DNA of 64,000 bases, from NCBI GenBank assembly GCA_022425195.1, contig JAKMFX010000019.1, positions 84,676-148,675 of the forward strand, in the 5' to 3' direction. Below are positions 39,107 through 50,322 of the stretch, piece after piece. This DNA is from Flavobacteriales bacterium (GTDB taxonomy: Bacteria > Bacteroidota > Bacteroidia > Flavobacteriales > UBA7430). Both the position numbers and the translations under genes were made by a program. The notes beneath the pieces are model-generated. The model ran no database searches. It worked only from the letters and a program-made list of their open reading frames with translations, and was not told the DNA's origin. The stretch's first letter is position 1. Each line of letters opens with the position of its first letter.

Positions 39107-40081
39107 TTACTTTTTTCTGTCGATAACGTATTTTATAAGTGCGTGTAAAGAAGTTTTAGCCTCGCAATCGGGCATGTCTGAGATGATTTCTAAAGCCTGA
39201 GCTTGATAAGCATACATCTTTCCCTCAGCATATTTCAATCCCCCACTTTGCCGGACGAAATCAATGACTTCCTTAACTTTTTTCGGGTTTTTGTGGTGCC
39301 TTTTAATCATCGTAATGATCTCTCTTCGCTTGGAAGAGCTACACTGCTGTAGAGCAAAAATAAGGGGTAAGGTCATTTTTTGCTCCTTGATATCGATACC
39401 TACCGGCTTGCCAATAAGTCCTTGTTTGTGATAATCAAAAAGATCGTCTTTGATCTGAAAAGCAATACCGATGGCTTCACCAAAAGCCCACATTTTCTTG
39501 ACGAGGTCTTCGTCTTTGGATACGGAAGAACAACCCACGGCACAACAGGCAGCAATCAAAGAGGCCGTTTTCTTTCGAATGATTTCGTAATACACCGCTT
39601 CCACAATGTCAAGGCGACGTGCTTTTTCTATTTGCAACAACTCCCCTTCACTCATTTCCTCAACAGCACGAGAGGTCAATTTCAATAGGTGGAAATCGTC
39701 ATTTTTCACCGCCAACAACAAGCCCTTTGAAAGGAGAAAGTCGCCCACAAGAACGGCAATCTTATTTTTCCACAAAGCATTCACTGAAAAGAATCCACGA
39801 CGCATATTCGCATCGTCAACCACATCGTCGTGAACCAAGGTTGCCGTATGAAGCAACTCTATCATCGATGCGCCTCGATAGGTGCTATCATTAACACTTC
39901 CGCATAATTTGGCCGAGAGAAAAACAAACATTGGCCGCATTTGCTTCCCTTTACGCTTTACGATATAATTGGTAACCTTGTCCAGCAAGGGAACTTTACT
40001 GGCCATAGAGATTTTGAACTTAGACTCGAAAGAATCCATTTCATCTTTAATGGGTGCCTTTATTTGATCGATGATCGACAT
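39107..40081 (-). CDS. ispB: Polyprenyl diphosphate synthase (octaprenyl-type)
   Basis: First DDxxD (LVHDDVVDD) and second DDxxD (QIKDDLFD) motifs. The start is taken at MSIIDQIK. Confidence 0.85.
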   Translation of the reverse strand: MSIIDQIKAPIKDEMDSFESKFKISMASKVPLLDKVTNYIVKRKGKQMRPMFVFLSAKLCGSVNDSTYRGASMIELLHTATLVHDDVVDDANMRRGFFSVNALWKNKIAVLVGDFLLSKGLLLAVKNDDFHLLKLTSRAVEEMSEGELLQIEKARRLDIVEAVYYEIIRKKTASLIAACCAVGCSSVSKDEDLVKKMWAFGEAIGIAFQIKDDLFDYHKQGLIGKPVGIDIKEQKMTLPLIFALQQCSSSKRREIITMIKRHHKNPKKVKEVIDFVRQSGGLKYAEGKMYAYQAQALEIISDMPDCEAKTSLHALIKYVIDRKK

Positions 40082-40266
40082 GCAGCGCAAATTTACTAAT
40101 AATTGTTCTTCTGTTGCGGAAAACCCCCCAATAATGACTTTGGGAAAATATACAGTAAATTTTTAATGAGAATTGCCTGCTCTGTAAATATCATAGAAAA
40201 ACTTTTGTTAACGATTAATGCACATATATCTATATATAGTATTTTTGTGTTCATTAAAAATGAATT

Positions 40267-41892
40267 ATGAGAAAATTGAGTTCTACTCGGGCGCTTGTCA
40301 CAGCTATTTTGTTTGTATGTAACACCAATTGGTGTCTTGGTCAAGAAATTGGTGATATTGTAAAAAAAGAAGTTTTAGGTGAACTAGAAAATGTAGGCGT
40401 CTATTGTGGAATTGATAACGGTAAAGCTGTAGTGATAAATTTTCAGGACGATTTCATCGCAGGATTGGAAGTAGAGGGTTTTAAACAAAAAAACTATATT
40501 CCGAGCCATGGCCTGATGCATCAGGTAAAAGATGCTTTAAAAGAGTTAAACATCAATGGGTTCACACCATTCGCTAATGAAACATACCTTTGCCTAGACG
40601 GTTCAAGCCAGCCTGTGTCCTATGACATTGCAGAAAATACCATTGGTCATCTAAACCTAAACCCATACAATCTATATCGCGTGCGAATGATCTCTTTATT
40701 TAACTCAGATTATATTCATAGTCATGCATCGTTGAGTAATTTACAGGGTTATGCTTTTATTCTCCTGGATGACGATGATATTAACTCAATAAGCACCCTA
40801 GATTCTGAACCAGAAATAAATACGATTGAGGGCGATTTTTACCAAAATAACATTACCAATGCTGACATGTACTTTCATGAACTTTTAATCAGCAACTCAT
40901 CAGAACATCCATACAATCATCTCATAGATGAGATTTACGAGTCCTCAAATTACTACGATACAGACGAAGTCTGTTTAGATTACCCAACCATACCAATCAC
41001 AAACAACCACAATACCCATCACCGAATCCTAAATATGTATGACGCCTACGGAGATGGCTGGAATGGTGCTACCTATCAAATAATTGACGCATCGGGTGCA
41101 AGTATAGCTTTTGGTGGATTGTCCTCAGGGCATCAGGGAACAAATAACTTATTAATGGCTGATGGGTGTTACACAATGATCGTTGAAGGGGGCAATTACC
41201 CAGAAGAGATTTCATGGAGCATACAATTAAATGAGTCCTCAAACGAAGTTCTCATGATTGAAGGGGGCGTTGGCACAGAGTATTTCTCTGTTGGAGAGCC
41301 TGATTGTGATATGAATGTTACTGAGCTACCAGCTTGTGCATCTGGAGAAGTAATGGATTGCGACGGAAGTCAAGAATGTTTCCCTCAGAATTGGATTGGC
41401 GATGGCTTTTGCGATGGCGCTGATCAAAAATACGATGCTGATTTAAGCTGTCACAATAATGACGGAGATGATTGTGGAACAGTAGATTGCCATGGCATGG
41501 ATTACGCGGGGTATGAAGATTGGATCGGAGATGGCTATTGTGATGACGGAACTTGGGGCTTTTATTTCAATTGCCCGAAGTTTAACGACGACGAAGGGGA
41601 CTGTATAGAAGGCCTAAGGCTCGCATCAAAGGGACCGAAATCATTTATAAAAGCTAAGCTTAATTCAGAGACCGTTATGATAACACTTACAGACGAAGGC
41701 AAATACAAAGAAGGGGGGCCTCTAGACTATGATTTGTTCGATATACTTGGAAATATCGTGAGTAAGGGTGCGCTAAAAGGAGTTGAAAATAAACTTCCAT
41801 TGGACCATCTCATACCAGGCGCCTATATTCTGAAGGTGAAAAATAGTGCGCGGGAGGAAATTCTAAACTATAAATTTGTCAACCCTGATTAG
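40267..41892 (+). CDS. Secreted protein with two Cys-rich LNR-like (WIGDGxCD) repeats and a T9SS type-A-like C-terminal sorting domain
   Basis: Signal peptide. CFPQNWIGDGFCDG...DGDDCG and YEDWIGDGYCDDG...DDEGDC. The C-terminal ~80 aa end in the beta-rich pattern GAYILKVKN...ILNYKFV. Confidence 0.6.
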   Translation: MRKLSSTRALVTAILFVCNTNWCLGQEIGDIVKKEVLGELENVGVYCGIDNGKAVVINFQDDFIAGLEVEGFKQKNYIPSHGLMHQVKDALKELNINGFTPFANETYLCLDGSSQPVSYDIAENTIGHLNLNPYNLYRVRMISLFNSDYIHSHASLSNLQGYAFILLDDDDINSISTLDSEPEINTIEGDFYQNNITNADMYFHELLISNSSEHPYNHLIDEIYESSNYYDTDEVCLDYPTIPITNNHNTHHRILNMYDAYGDGWNGATYQIIDASGASIAFGGLSSGHQGTNNLLMADGCYTMIVEGGNYPEEISWSIQLNESSNEVLMIEGGVGTEYFSVGEPDCDMNVTELPACASGEVMDCDGSQECFPQNWIGDGFCDGADQKYDADLSCHNNDGDDCGTVDCHGMDYAGYEDWIGDGYCDDGTWGFYFNCPKFNDDEGDCIEGLRLASKGPKSFIKAKLNSETVMITLTDEGKYKEGGPLDYDLFDILGNIVSKGALKGVENKLPLDHLIPGAYILKVKNSAREEILNYKFVNPD

Positions 41893-41907
41893 GCATCCTT
41901 TCCGGGT

Positions 41908-42951
41908 TTACTTTTTATTGGCAAGCTGGCCACATGCCGCGTCGATGTCTTTACCTCGACTTCTACGAATATTTACCACCACGCCTCGTGCTTCTAAATA
42001 CTCCATAAAAGCGTCCACCTTTTCAACTTTAGCCTGCTTGAACTCACCCCCATCAATCGGGTTGTATTCAATGATGTTGACTTTACAAGGGATGTGTTTA
42101 CAAAACTCGTAAAGTTCATGCGCATCCTGTAATTCATCGTTAAAGTTATCGAAGATGATGTATTCGTAAGTGACCCGAGATTGTGTTTTCGCATAGAAAT
42201 ATTTGAGTGCCTTGGCCAAAACCGATAAATTATTGGTCTCGTTAATGCCCATAATTTTATCGCGCTTTTCATCGTTTGCCGCATGAAGGGATAGGGCCAA
42301 ATTAAATTTGACATCATCATCTGCTAGCTTTTCAATCATTTTGGCAACACCAGCAGTAGATACCGTAATTCGCTTAGGCGACATGCCTAAACCTTCTTCA
42401 GAAGTGATTTTTTCTATGGATTCAAGAACGTGATTGTAGTTCAACAAAGGCTCTCCCATTCCCATATAAACGATGTTAGAAAGTGGCTGACCGTTTCGTT
42501 CCATGGCCTGGTCTCTAATGATTCTTACCTGGTCATAAATCTCATCGGCATGGATGTTACGCATGCGCTTTAGGCGTCCTGTGGCACAGAACTCACAGGC
42601 CAAGCTACATCCTACTTGAGAAGAGATACAAGCCGTCATTCGACTGTCTGCAGGGATGAGTACTCCCTCACATATTCGGTCGTCGTACAAACGAAACGCA
42701 TTTTTTATCGTCCCATCGGTACTGTATTGCGAGTCATCTACTTGAACTGCGTTGATGGTAAAGCCCTCTTTCAGCATTTGTCGCGTTGACAAGGAGAGGT
42801 TGGTCATCTGATCAAAATCGGTCGCTGACTTTTTCCACAACCACTCATATACCTGCTTGGCACGAAAAGCTTTGTCGCCTTTCGCCACGAAATATTCTTT
42901 GAGTTTTTCTTTCGATAGAGCTCTAATGTCTTGTTTCTCCTGCTTTTTCAT
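41908..42951 (-). CDS. rlmN: 23S rRNA/tRNA (adenine-C2)-methyltransferase, radical SAM
   Basis: Radical SAM CxxxCxxC (CSLACEFCATG) and C-terminal DIDAACGQL. The start is taken at MKKQEKQD. Confidence 0.9.
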   Translation of the reverse strand: MKKQEKQDIRALSKEKLKEYFVAKGDKAFRAKQVYEWLWKKSATDFDQMTNLSLSTRQMLKEGFTINAVQVDDSQYSTDGTIKNAFRLYDDRICEGVLIPADSRMTACISSQVGCSLACEFCATGRLKRMRNIHADEIYDQVRIIRDQAMERNGQPLSNIVYMGMGEPLLNYNHVLESIEKITSEEGLGMSPKRITVSTAGVAKMIEKLADDDVKFNLALSLHAANDEKRDKIMGINETNNLSVLAKALKYFYAKTQSRVTYEYIIFDNFNDELQDAHELYEFCKHIPCKVNIIEYNPIDGGEFKQAKVEKVDAFMEYLEARGVVVNIRRSRGKDIDAACGQLANKK

Positions 42952-42994
42952 CGCTGCAAAGATAGGGATTCTTACCTTTGTTAAAATTTTATTG

Positions 42995-44167
42995 ATGCGC
43001 ATCCTTCAGGCTTCTTATATCATCCCACTAAATGCAGCTCCCATTGCAAAGGGTTACTTGTACATAGAAGACGATGGAACCATCATCCACATGGGCCAAG
43101 AAGCTCCGATTACCGATCAATTCGAGGTAGAAGTCTTTGAGGGCATCCTATGTCCAGGATTTGTAAACACCCATTGCCATTTAGAACTTTCGCATATGAA
43201 AGGAATGATACCTGAGGATTCTGGGCTGCCTTCTTTTATAGATCAAATCCCAAAACAAAGGCAAAAAAGCACAGATGACCTGGTTGCGGTCATGAAACGT
43301 GTCGATTGTGAAATGCATGAAGCGGGCATCGTTGCCGTTGGAGACATCTCCAATTCAGACGTGAGTATTCCCGTAAAAAGCGAAAGCACTATTCGCTACC
43401 ATTCCTTTGTTGAGCTTTTTGGCTTGAACAAAAGTGAAGCCTCACAGCTGCAAGAAGAGGGAGAAAAAAAAGTAAAAAAATTCGAAACGGCTGATTTGTC
43501 TGCATCGCTTGTGCCCCACGCACCCTACTCTGTTTCCCCGAGCTTACTCGGAGGTATTTATAACCATAGCAAGGGCTCCTTACTGAGTATTCACCATCAA
43601 GAAACGCGCTCTGAAAACGAACTTTTCATGAAGGGTAAAGGAGATTTGGCAGATGTATTGCTCAAAAAAGAGCTTGACCTCAGCGCACATCTGAATTGTG
43701 GAAAGAACTCCAGTGATTTCAGCCTCATCTCTTATTTGCCTGCCCATCAAAAAATCCTTCTGGTCCACAATACTTATTCAACGGCCAAGGACATAGACCG
43801 TGTGATGAAACATTTCGAAGCCGCCTACTGGTGTACTTGCCCGAAGGCAAACTGGTATATTGAACGTCGTTTGCCGGACTACCATCTATGGCGTGAAAAA
43901 GGATTGAAAATAACCCTAGGCACCGACTCTTTGGCTTCAAACGACACCTTAAGCATTTTGGATGAGATGAAACTGATTCAAAAGCAATACCCCAACATTC
44001 CAACCGATGAACTACTCTCTTGGGCATGTAAAAATGGTGCTGACTTTTTTGATTACAAAACCCTAGGAAGCTTTAAAGCGGGTAACAAACCCGGAGTCAT
44101 TTTAATTGAAAAAGTAGATGGCTTGCAATTAACCCCTGAATCTAAGGTAAGAGTGTTGGCGCATTAA
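42995..44167 (+). CDS. Amidohydrolase-family protein (chlorohydrolase/deaminase-like)
   Basis: Metal-binding FVNTHCHLELSH and later HAPYS, VHNT and GTDS motifs. The start is trimmed to MRILQASYIIP; the upstream extension is antisense to rlmN. Confidence 0.75.
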   Translation: MRILQASYIIPLNAAPIAKGYLYIEDDGTIIHMGQEAPITDQFEVEVFEGILCPGFVNTHCHLELSHMKGMIPEDSGLPSFIDQIPKQRQKSTDDLVAVMKRVDCEMHEAGIVAVGDISNSDVSIPVKSESTIRYHSFVELFGLNKSEASQLQEEGEKKVKKFETADLSASLVPHAPYSVSPSLLGGIYNHSKGSLLSIHHQETRSENELFMKGKGDLADVLLKKELDLSAHLNCGKNSSDFSLISYLPAHQKILLVHNTYSTAKDIDRVMKHFEAAYWCTCPKANWYIERRLPDYHLWREKGLKITLGTDSLASNDTLSILDEMKLIQKQYPNIPTDELLSWACKNGADFFDYKTLGSFKAGNKPGVILIEKVDGLQLTPESKVRVLAH

Positions 44168-44829
44168 CGAGTCATCAGAACCTCTGCCAAGGATAAATCT
44201 TCAGGGCTGGTTAATTTGATGTTTGTGGTCTCTCCCTCACAAAGGCATACTTTCGCTCCCAAGGCCTCCACCACAGAAGCATCATCAGTAAATGCATCTC
44301 TTTCTTCTTGTTCGTAGGCTGCTTGTATCAGCTCGGATGAAAAACACTGAGGCGTTTGTACCAAATAGTACTGACTTCTATCAAGCGACTTGCTCGAATC
44401 GTCGCTTACCCTCCGTATGGATTCTGAAACAGGACAGGCTGGAATGACGGCATTGTTCTGCTCCGCCAGGGCATAAATCTTAGTGATCAGGTCTGAACTT
44501 ATCAGGGGGCGAACACCATCGTGAACGGCTATGATTGATGCATCGGTACAATGTTCCAAACCGTTTTTTACCGATTCAAACCTAGATTTCCCTCCAGAGG
44601 CAATTTGATGGGGTATCTGAAATTGATGTTTTCGGCAAAGTGTCGCCCAGGTACTGTGATGAGAAGAGGGCAACACAACAATCTGCTCAATGGAAGCGTT
44701 GGCGCTATAAAATTTCTCTATCGTATGCATCAAAACAGGCCTGCCCAGCAATTCCATAAACTGCTTCGGGATCGAACTTTTCATTCTTTGCCCACTTCCG
44801 CCGGCGACTATGATGGCATATCTCTTCAT
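44164..44829 (-). CDS. ispD: 2-C-methyl-D-erythritol 4-phosphate cytidylyltransferase
   Basis: AIIVAGGSGQRM P-loop-like motif and VHDGVRP. Confidence 0.9.
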   Translation of the reverse strand: MKRYAIIVAGGSGQRMKSSIPKQFMELLGRPVLMHTIEKFYSANASIEQIVVLPSSHHSTWATLCRKHQFQIPHQIASGGKSRFESVKNGLEHCTDASIIAVHDGVRPLISSDLITKIYALAEQNNAVIPACPVSESIRRVSDDSSKSLDRSQYYLVQTPQCFSSELIQAAYEQEERDAFTDDASVVEALGAKVCLCEGETTNIKLTSPEDLSLAEVLMTR

Positions 44830-44954
44830 TTTTATTTTGGGTGATTATTGAAAAGTACGGCGTAAGTTTGACTCTTCAAAATTTTACCGCTCAAAACAAA
44901 AAAAGCTAAAAGATCGAGACCTATTAGCTTTTTGTGTATCTGTATTTTCTTTGT

Positions 44955-46004
44955 TTATAAAATCAACATGGCATCTCCGTAGGTGAAGAAATTGTATTTC
45001 TCTTTAATCGCTTCTGCATATGCCTCTTTGAGTAACTCAAAACCACAAAAGGCGGCGGCATGCATCATCAAAGTAGACTTGGGCGTGTGTAGATTCGTGA
45101 TCATACAATTCGGAATTCTGAAATCATAAGGAGGGAAAATGAACTTGTTGGTCCATCCGTCAAACGCATTCAGTGACCCTGAGGTGGATACTGAACTCTC
45201 GATAGCGCGAAGGCTCGTGGTTCCGACAGCGCATACTCTACGGTTCTCTTTAAGGGCTTTATTTACCGTATTGCAGGCTTCCTCTTTAATGATGGCTTGT
45301 TCAGACTCCATCTTGTGCTTCGATAAATCCTCTACCTCTACCGGTCGGAATGTTCCCAAGCCCACATGGAGTGTTACTTCAGCGAAGTTCACGCCTTTTA
45401 TTTCCAATCGCTTCAAAAGATGTTTGCTGAAATGCATTCCCGCAGTTGGAGCGGCTACAGCTCCATGTTCTTTGGCGTATACCGTTTGGTAGCGCTCATC
45501 ATCTTCGGGATCAGGCTCACGATCGATGTACTTGGGAAGCGGTGTTTGCCCTAATTCATCTAGCTTTTCTCTGAATGCCTCGTAAGACCCGTCAAAAAGA
45601 AAACGCAATGTACGCCCTCTTGACGTTGTGTTGTCAATAACCTCAGCTACCAAAGAGCCATCCTTACCAAAATACAGTTTGTTCCCGATTCTAATTTTTC
45701 GAGCCGGATCAACCAAAACATCCCAAAGACGATTTTCTTTGTTCAGCTCGCGCAACAAAAACACCTCAATCCTAGCTCCCGTCTTTTCCTTATTTCCAAA
45801 CATACGTGCTGGAAAAACTTTGGTGTTGTTCAAAATCATAACATCTTGATCATCAAAGTAATCTATCAGATCTTTGAAGTGTTTATGTTCAATTTTACCT
45901 GTATCGCGATGAACCACCATCAATCTAGACTCGTCTCGGTTTTGCGTTGGTCTTTTCGACAACAGCTCATCCGGCAATTCATAGTTGAAGTGAGAAAGTT
46001 TCAT
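44955..46004 (-). CDS. queA: S-adenosylmethionine:tRNA ribosyltransferase-isomerase
   Basis: [10 protein letters not shown] start, AAPTAGMHF and VGTTSLR motifs. Confidence 0.92.
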   Translation of the reverse strand: MKLSHFNYELPDELLSKRPTQNRDESRLMVVHRDTGKIEHKHFKDLIDYFDDQDVMILNNTKVFPARMFGNKEKTGARIEVFLLRELNKENRLWDVLVDPARKIRIGNKLYFGKDGSLVAEVIDNTTSRGRTLRFLFDGSYEAFREKLDELGQTPLPKYIDREPDPEDDERYQTVYAKEHGAVAAPTAGMHFSKHLLKRLEIKGVNFAEVTLHVGLGTFRPVEVEDLSKHKMESEQAIIKEEACNTVNKALKENRRVCAVGTTSLRAIESSVSTSGSLNAFDGWTNKFIFPPYDFRIPNCMITNLHTPKSTLMMHAAAFCGFELLKEAYAEAIKEKYNFFTYGDAMLIL

Positions 46005-46073
46005 TTTGGTAATCATAGCATCTGTATTTTAGGCTTGCAAATATAGGAAATAAAATAAATTTTTTGCGATTTA

Positions 46074-46766
46074 TTAAGACTTCATCAAAAGCTCAAAGTC
46101 TTGAATATCAAGCGCATTTTTTAATTCGTAGTCGCCAATTTTTGTTCGCTGTAGCTTGGTCAGCCAAGCACCACTGTTCATCACCTTGCCTATGTCGTGA
46201 GCAAGCGACCGAATATAGGTTCCTTTGCTACAGGCCACTCGGAAGGTCAGATAGGGCATTTCTACACTCAAAAGCTCTAGGGCTTGAATGGAAATAGATC
46301 GAGGTCTTAGCTCAACATCTTTACCTTTTCGCGCGCTTTCGTATAATTTCTTTCCGTCTATTTTGATCGCTGAGAAAATGGGCGGGTATTGTTGACTCTC
46401 ACCGAGAAAGGACGCCAATGTTTGCCTAATTAAATCCATGTCTATGTGCTGGGTGGCATAAAATTGATTTTCTGCCGACTCGCCATCATAGCTTGGAGTG
46501 CTTGCGCCCAGCTTTATGGTCGCGATGTATTCCTTGTGTGCCGACTGATACATCTCTATTTCCTTGGTTTTTTTCCCAGTACATAGAATCATTAACCCCG
46601 ACGCCAGAGGGTCTAAAGTACCGGCGTGGCCCACCTTAATTTTTTTGACTTTAAGCTTGCGTTTGATCAGCCAGCGCAGCTTGTTTACCACCTGAAAGCT
46701 CGTCCAGTGAAGAGGTTTGTTGATGCACAATACTTCCCCTTCTATAAATTGAAACTCTTTTTTCAT
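46074..46766 (-). CDS. truB: tRNA pseudouridine(55) synthase
   Basis: Catalytic-Asp motif GHAGTLDPLASG. Confidence 0.92.
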   Translation of the reverse strand: MKKEFQFIEGEVLCINKPLHWTSFQVVNKLRWLIKRKLKVKKIKVGHAGTLDPLASGLMILCTGKKTKEIEMYQSAHKEYIATIKLGASTPSYDGESAENQFYATQHIDMDLIRQTLASFLGESQQYPPIFSAIKIDGKKLYESARKGKDVELRPRSISIQALELLSVEMPYLTFRVACSKGTYIRSLAHDIGKVMNSGAWLTKLQRTKIGDYELKNALDIQDFELLMKS

Positions 46767-46787
46767 TGACTTATGGCTGAGGTAAAA

Positions 46788-48080
46788 CTAGACCCCTTCA
46801 ATTTCTTGGAGGGTTTCATCGAGTGCCAATAGGGTTTTATCCAATAACTCTTTGCTGTGAGTTCGAGAGATAAACAAAGACTCAAAAGCCGATGGAGCCA
46901 GATAAATGCCCCGCTTGAGCATGCCGTGAAAAACCTTTTTGAAATAATCGGCGTCCGCAGCACAGGCATCATCAAAATTATAAACCTCATCCACGCCAAA
47001 GTGAAAACTCAGCATCGAACCCACTCGATTTAGGCACACCTTCAACGAGTGCTTGTCAAACACATTTCGCATCCCCGACTCCAGATAAGCCGTTTTCTCT
47101 TCCAGCTCCTCAAAAATGGCAGGGTGCTCATTCAATTCTTTCAATAAGGTGTAGCCGCAAGACATTGCCAGCGGATTCCCAGACAAGGTTCCTGCTTGGT
47201 ATACCGGTCCGAGAGGAGCGACCATATTCATAATGTCTTCGCGGCCTCCAAAAGCCCCAACCGGGAGACCTCCACCGATAATCTTACCCATACAAACCAT
47301 GTCGGGCTGTATGTTAAATCGTTTGTGGGCACCGCCCTCAGAAAGCCGGAAACCGGTCATTACCTCATCGAATATGAGCACCGCTCCGTGGGCGTCACAC
47401 AAAGTACGCAGCCCTTCCAAAAAACCTTCTTTGGGAGGAATACACCCCATATTTCCTGCTACAGGCTCGATGATGATGGCCGCAACCTCGCCTTTGTTCT
47501 TAATTAAGACCTCCTCTACATGTGCCAAATCGTTATAGCGTGCCAACAAGGTGTCTTTTGCCGTTCCGCTGGTTACTCCGGGTGAATTGGGAACCCCCAA
47601 GGTGATGGCTCCCGAGCCAGCCTTAATCAAAAAGGCGTCTGAGTGCCCGTGATAGCAACCTTCAAATTTGATAAACTTCTCTCGATCCGTAAAGGCCCGA
47701 GCTACGCGTATCGCGCTCATACAAGCTTCCGTTCCTGAATTTACCATCCGTACTTTTTCAACGCCGGGCATCATCTCACAGATGAGTGCTGCAATATCTG
47801 TTTCAAGCGCTGTAGGACCGCCAAAAGAAGTCGAGGCATCTGCTGCTTTTTTTAGCGCATCAAGAACGGGTGGATGACAGTGACCCAAAATCATAGGTCC
47901 CCAGGAGCCGATATAATCAACGTATTCATTGCCCTCTACATCTACCAGAACAGAGCCTTTGGCTTCTCGAAAGAAAACGGGTGTACCCCCAACGGATTTA
48001 AAAGCTCGTACGGGAGAATTGACCCCACCTGGGATATACATTTGTGCTCTTTCAAAGAGCGCTTTGCTTGTCGTCATCAA
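46788..48080 (-). CDS. hemL: Glutamate-1-semialdehyde 2,1-aminomutase
   Basis: [20 protein letters not shown], and PLP-lysine region GKIIGGGLP. Confidence 0.93.
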   Translation of the reverse strand: MMTTSKALFERAQMYIPGGVNSPVRAFKSVGGTPVFFREAKGSVLVDVEGNEYVDYIGSWGPMILGHCHPPVLDALKKAADASTSFGGPTALETDIAALICEMMPGVEKVRMVNSGTEACMSAIRVARAFTDREKFIKFEGCYHGHSDAFLIKAGSGAITLGVPNSPGVTSGTAKDTLLARYNDLAHVEEVLIKNKGEVAAIIIEPVAGNMGCIPPKEGFLEGLRTLCDAHGAVLIFDEVMTGFRLSEGGAHKRFNIQPDMVCMGKIIGGGLPVGAFGGREDIMNMVAPLGPVYQAGTLSGNPLAMSCGYTLLKELNEHPAIFEELEEKTAYLESGMRNVFDKHSLKVCLNRVGSMLSFHFGVDEVYNFDDACAADADYFKKVFHGMLKRGIYLAPSAFESLFISRTHSKELLDKTLLALDETLQEIEGV

Positions 48081-48129
48081 AAACTGATTTTAATCTTTTT
48101 AATTGTATGGGCGCTGCGCAACCGTTCCC

Positions 48130-49113
48130 TTAGGATTTCAAAAGGCGCGCTATGTCTTTAGCAAAATAACTGGCAATAAGGTCTGCACCCGCTCTTTTGA
48201 AACCTATGGCGGACTCCAGCATCGCATCTTCAAGGTTCAACCAACCTTTGTCTGCAGCTGCATGAATCATTGAAAATTCTCCAGATACCTGATAGGCGGC
48301 AACCGGAACTTTAAATTTATCTTTCACCAAGCGGACCATATCCAAATAGGGCATGCCGGGCTTGACCATTAAAATATCAGCACCTTCTTGTAGGTCTAAA
48401 GCACACTCTGCAAGTCCCTCTTCAGCATTTGCCGGGTTCATTTGATAGGTTTTCTTGTCGCCAAATCCTGGGGCGGAATCCAATGCATCTCGAAAAGGAC
48501 CGTAAAAACAAGAGGCGTACTTCACGGCGTAAGACATGATGCCTACATTGGGAAATCCTTGTTCCTCCAGGACTTCACGAATGTATCCTATCCTCCCGTC
48601 CATCATGTCTGAGGGCGCAACGATGTCTGCACCAGCTTGAGCGTGAGAAAGGGCCATCTCGCCCAGCAATTCAACACTCGCATCATTTACAATTTCTCCG
48701 TCTTCCACCAAGCCGTCGTGGCCGTCAGAAGAATACGGATCTAAAGCAACATCCGTCATCACACACATCTCGGGACAATTCTTTTTTAGGGCTTTGATGG
48801 CTCGCTGCATCAAGCCTTCCGGGTTTAGGGCTTCGCTCCCTTTGGCATCTTTGAGCTCATCCGGCACTTTCGCAAAAAGAAGCACACTTCGAAGGCCTAA
48901 ATCAAAACACGATGCTACCTCTTCAATCAACAAATCGATGGTGTAACGATAGTATCCGGGCATCGAAGGGATTTCTTCTTTCGCATTTTCGCCTTCCATA
49001 AAAAATAGGGGTACGATAAAATCGGTCGCTTGCAAATGGTTTTCTTGCACCAGAGCGCGAAGGGCCTCCGACTTGCGTAATCTTCTTGGTCGTGAATAAG
49101 GATGTACAGTCAT
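48130..49113 (-). CDS. hemB: Porphobilinogen synthase
   Basis: RPRRLR start region and VKPGMPYLD active-site lysine region. The start is trimmed from 49215 to MTVHPYSRPRRLR. Confidence 0.92.
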   Translation of the reverse strand: MTVHPYSRPRRLRKSEALRALVQENHLQATDFIVPLFFMEGENAKEEIPSMPGYYRYTIDLLIEEVASCFDLGLRSVLLFAKVPDELKDAKGSEALNPEGLMQRAIKALKKNCPEMCVMTDVALDPYSSDGHDGLVEDGEIVNDASVELLGEMALSHAQAGADIVAPSDMMDGRIGYIREVLEEQGFPNVGIMSYAVKYASCFYGPFRDALDSAPGFGDKKTYQMNPANAEEGLAECALDLQEGADILMVKPGMPYLDMVRLVKDKFKVPVAAYQVSGEFSMIHAAADKGWLNLEDAMLESAIGFKRAGADLIASYFAKDIARLLKS

Positions 49114-49156
49114 GCGTATGAATTTACCTACAAAAGTACGTTGAATTCCTGAATGT

Positions 49157-49633
49157 CTACAATTTATGATTCTGGATTTCACTAAAAGCCATGGCTTTTT
49201 GCTTGATGGCCCCACTTTCTAGACCTTCAATCACCAGAAGACAGGCCTGCTGAAAATCGCTCACAAGGTCTTCGATGATGAAAACTCTTTTCGAGGCCAC
49301 AAGCTGTAAGTGCTTGTGTTTACTTTTTGTTTTGCGTTCCAGAACGATAAAGCCTCCGGGGCTACACATGTGGCTCATGGTACACCGGAGTTGCTTGTAT
49401 AGCCAATCGCCATCGATCAGGTCGGCATAGGTGTTGGGGAGCAGTTGGTTCACCGCCAGGTGAAATCTTTTTTTGGACTGAGCCTTTGCACCTAGAGGTT
49501 TCTTATCGAGGAAACTACCCAAAGTTTCCAAGCCTTGACTGACTAAAAAGAAAACGGGGAAATAGAACTCTGCTTGCAACAATTGCTGACTTTCTTGAAG
49601 CAGTCTTTGCTGAATGAATTCTTCGTTTCTCAT
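49157..49633 (-). CDS. Hypothetical protein
   Basis: ORF with no recognisable motif. The start is trimmed to MRNEEF to avoid overlapping the Nfu-like gene. Confidence 0.4.
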   Translation of the reverse strand: MRNEEFIQQRLLQESQQLLQAEFYFPVFFLVSQGLETLGSFLDKKPLGAKAQSKKRFHLAVNQLLPNTYADLIDGDWLYKQLRCTMSHMCSPGGFIVLERKTKSKHKHLQLVASKRVFIIEDLVSDFQQACLLVIEGLESGAIKQKAMAFSEIQNHKL

Positions 49634-49662
49634 CAAAATAAAATGCTGTTGAAGCTGTGCGC

Positions 49663-50283
49663 TTATCCGTTGATGGCAATCACTTCCTTTACCAAGGTGG
49701 GAAGCATCTGTTTGAGCATGCTTTCTATCCCTTGTTTCAGGGTAACTGTAGAAGATGGGCAACCACTACAAGCGCCTTGAAGCAATACCGACACCTTTCC
49801 GTCTTCAAAAGACACAAACTTGATGTTTCCTCCGTCAGACTCTACCGCGGGCGCAACGTATTCCTCGAGGATTTCTACGATACGTGTTTCTATCTCTCCT
49901 AACTGCTCCGTTGCGGGCGCATCCGTGGCTTCTGTATTTCCCAGAACCTCTTGCTGAACTTCGGTGGCATTTGCGTCATCTTCGACAACCACACCACCGT
50001 CCGCTAGGTACTCGCGAATGAACTCGCGAATTTCCATCACGATGTCGTCCCACTCCATCATGTCGTACTTGGTTAGAGACACAAAGTTCTTGGCGATAAA
50101 GACTTCTTTCACAAAAGGAAAATGAAAGAGTTTTGCGGCTAAAGGCGCATTTTTTGCTTCGTCTATATTCATGAACTCTTGGCTGTCTCCGAATAGGATG
50201 GCACGGTTCACGACAAATTTCATTACCCCCGGATTGGGTGTAGATTCAGCATAAACTGAAGTAGGTACTTTATTCTCGCTCAT
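49663..50283 (-). CDS. NifU/Nfu-type Fe-S cluster assembly protein (Nfu_N plus NifU C-terminal domain)
   Basis: C-terminal CxxC motif GACSGCPSS and an N-terminal Nfu_N-like ESTPNPGVMKF. Confidence 0.8.
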   Translation of the reverse strand: MSENKVPTSVYAESTPNPGVMKFVVNRAILFGDSQEFMNIDEAKNAPLAAKLFHFPFVKEVFIAKNFVSLTKYDMMEWDDIVMEIREFIREYLADGGVVVEDDANATEVQQEVLGNTEATDAPATEQLGEIETRIVEILEEYVAPAVESDGGNIKFVSFEDGKVSVLLQGACSGCPSSTVTLKQGIESMLKQMLPTLVKEVIAING

Positions 50284-50322
50284 CTTCCTTAATTTTACAC
50301 AAAATTACAAATTAGTAGAGAT

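Noticed and set aside
44902-44931. Weak hairpin (AAAGCTAA...TTAGCTTT plus a T-run on the minus strand) downstream of queA.
   Set aside because: The stem is AT-rich with a 14-nt loop. It may be a terminator but is too weak to list as a feature.
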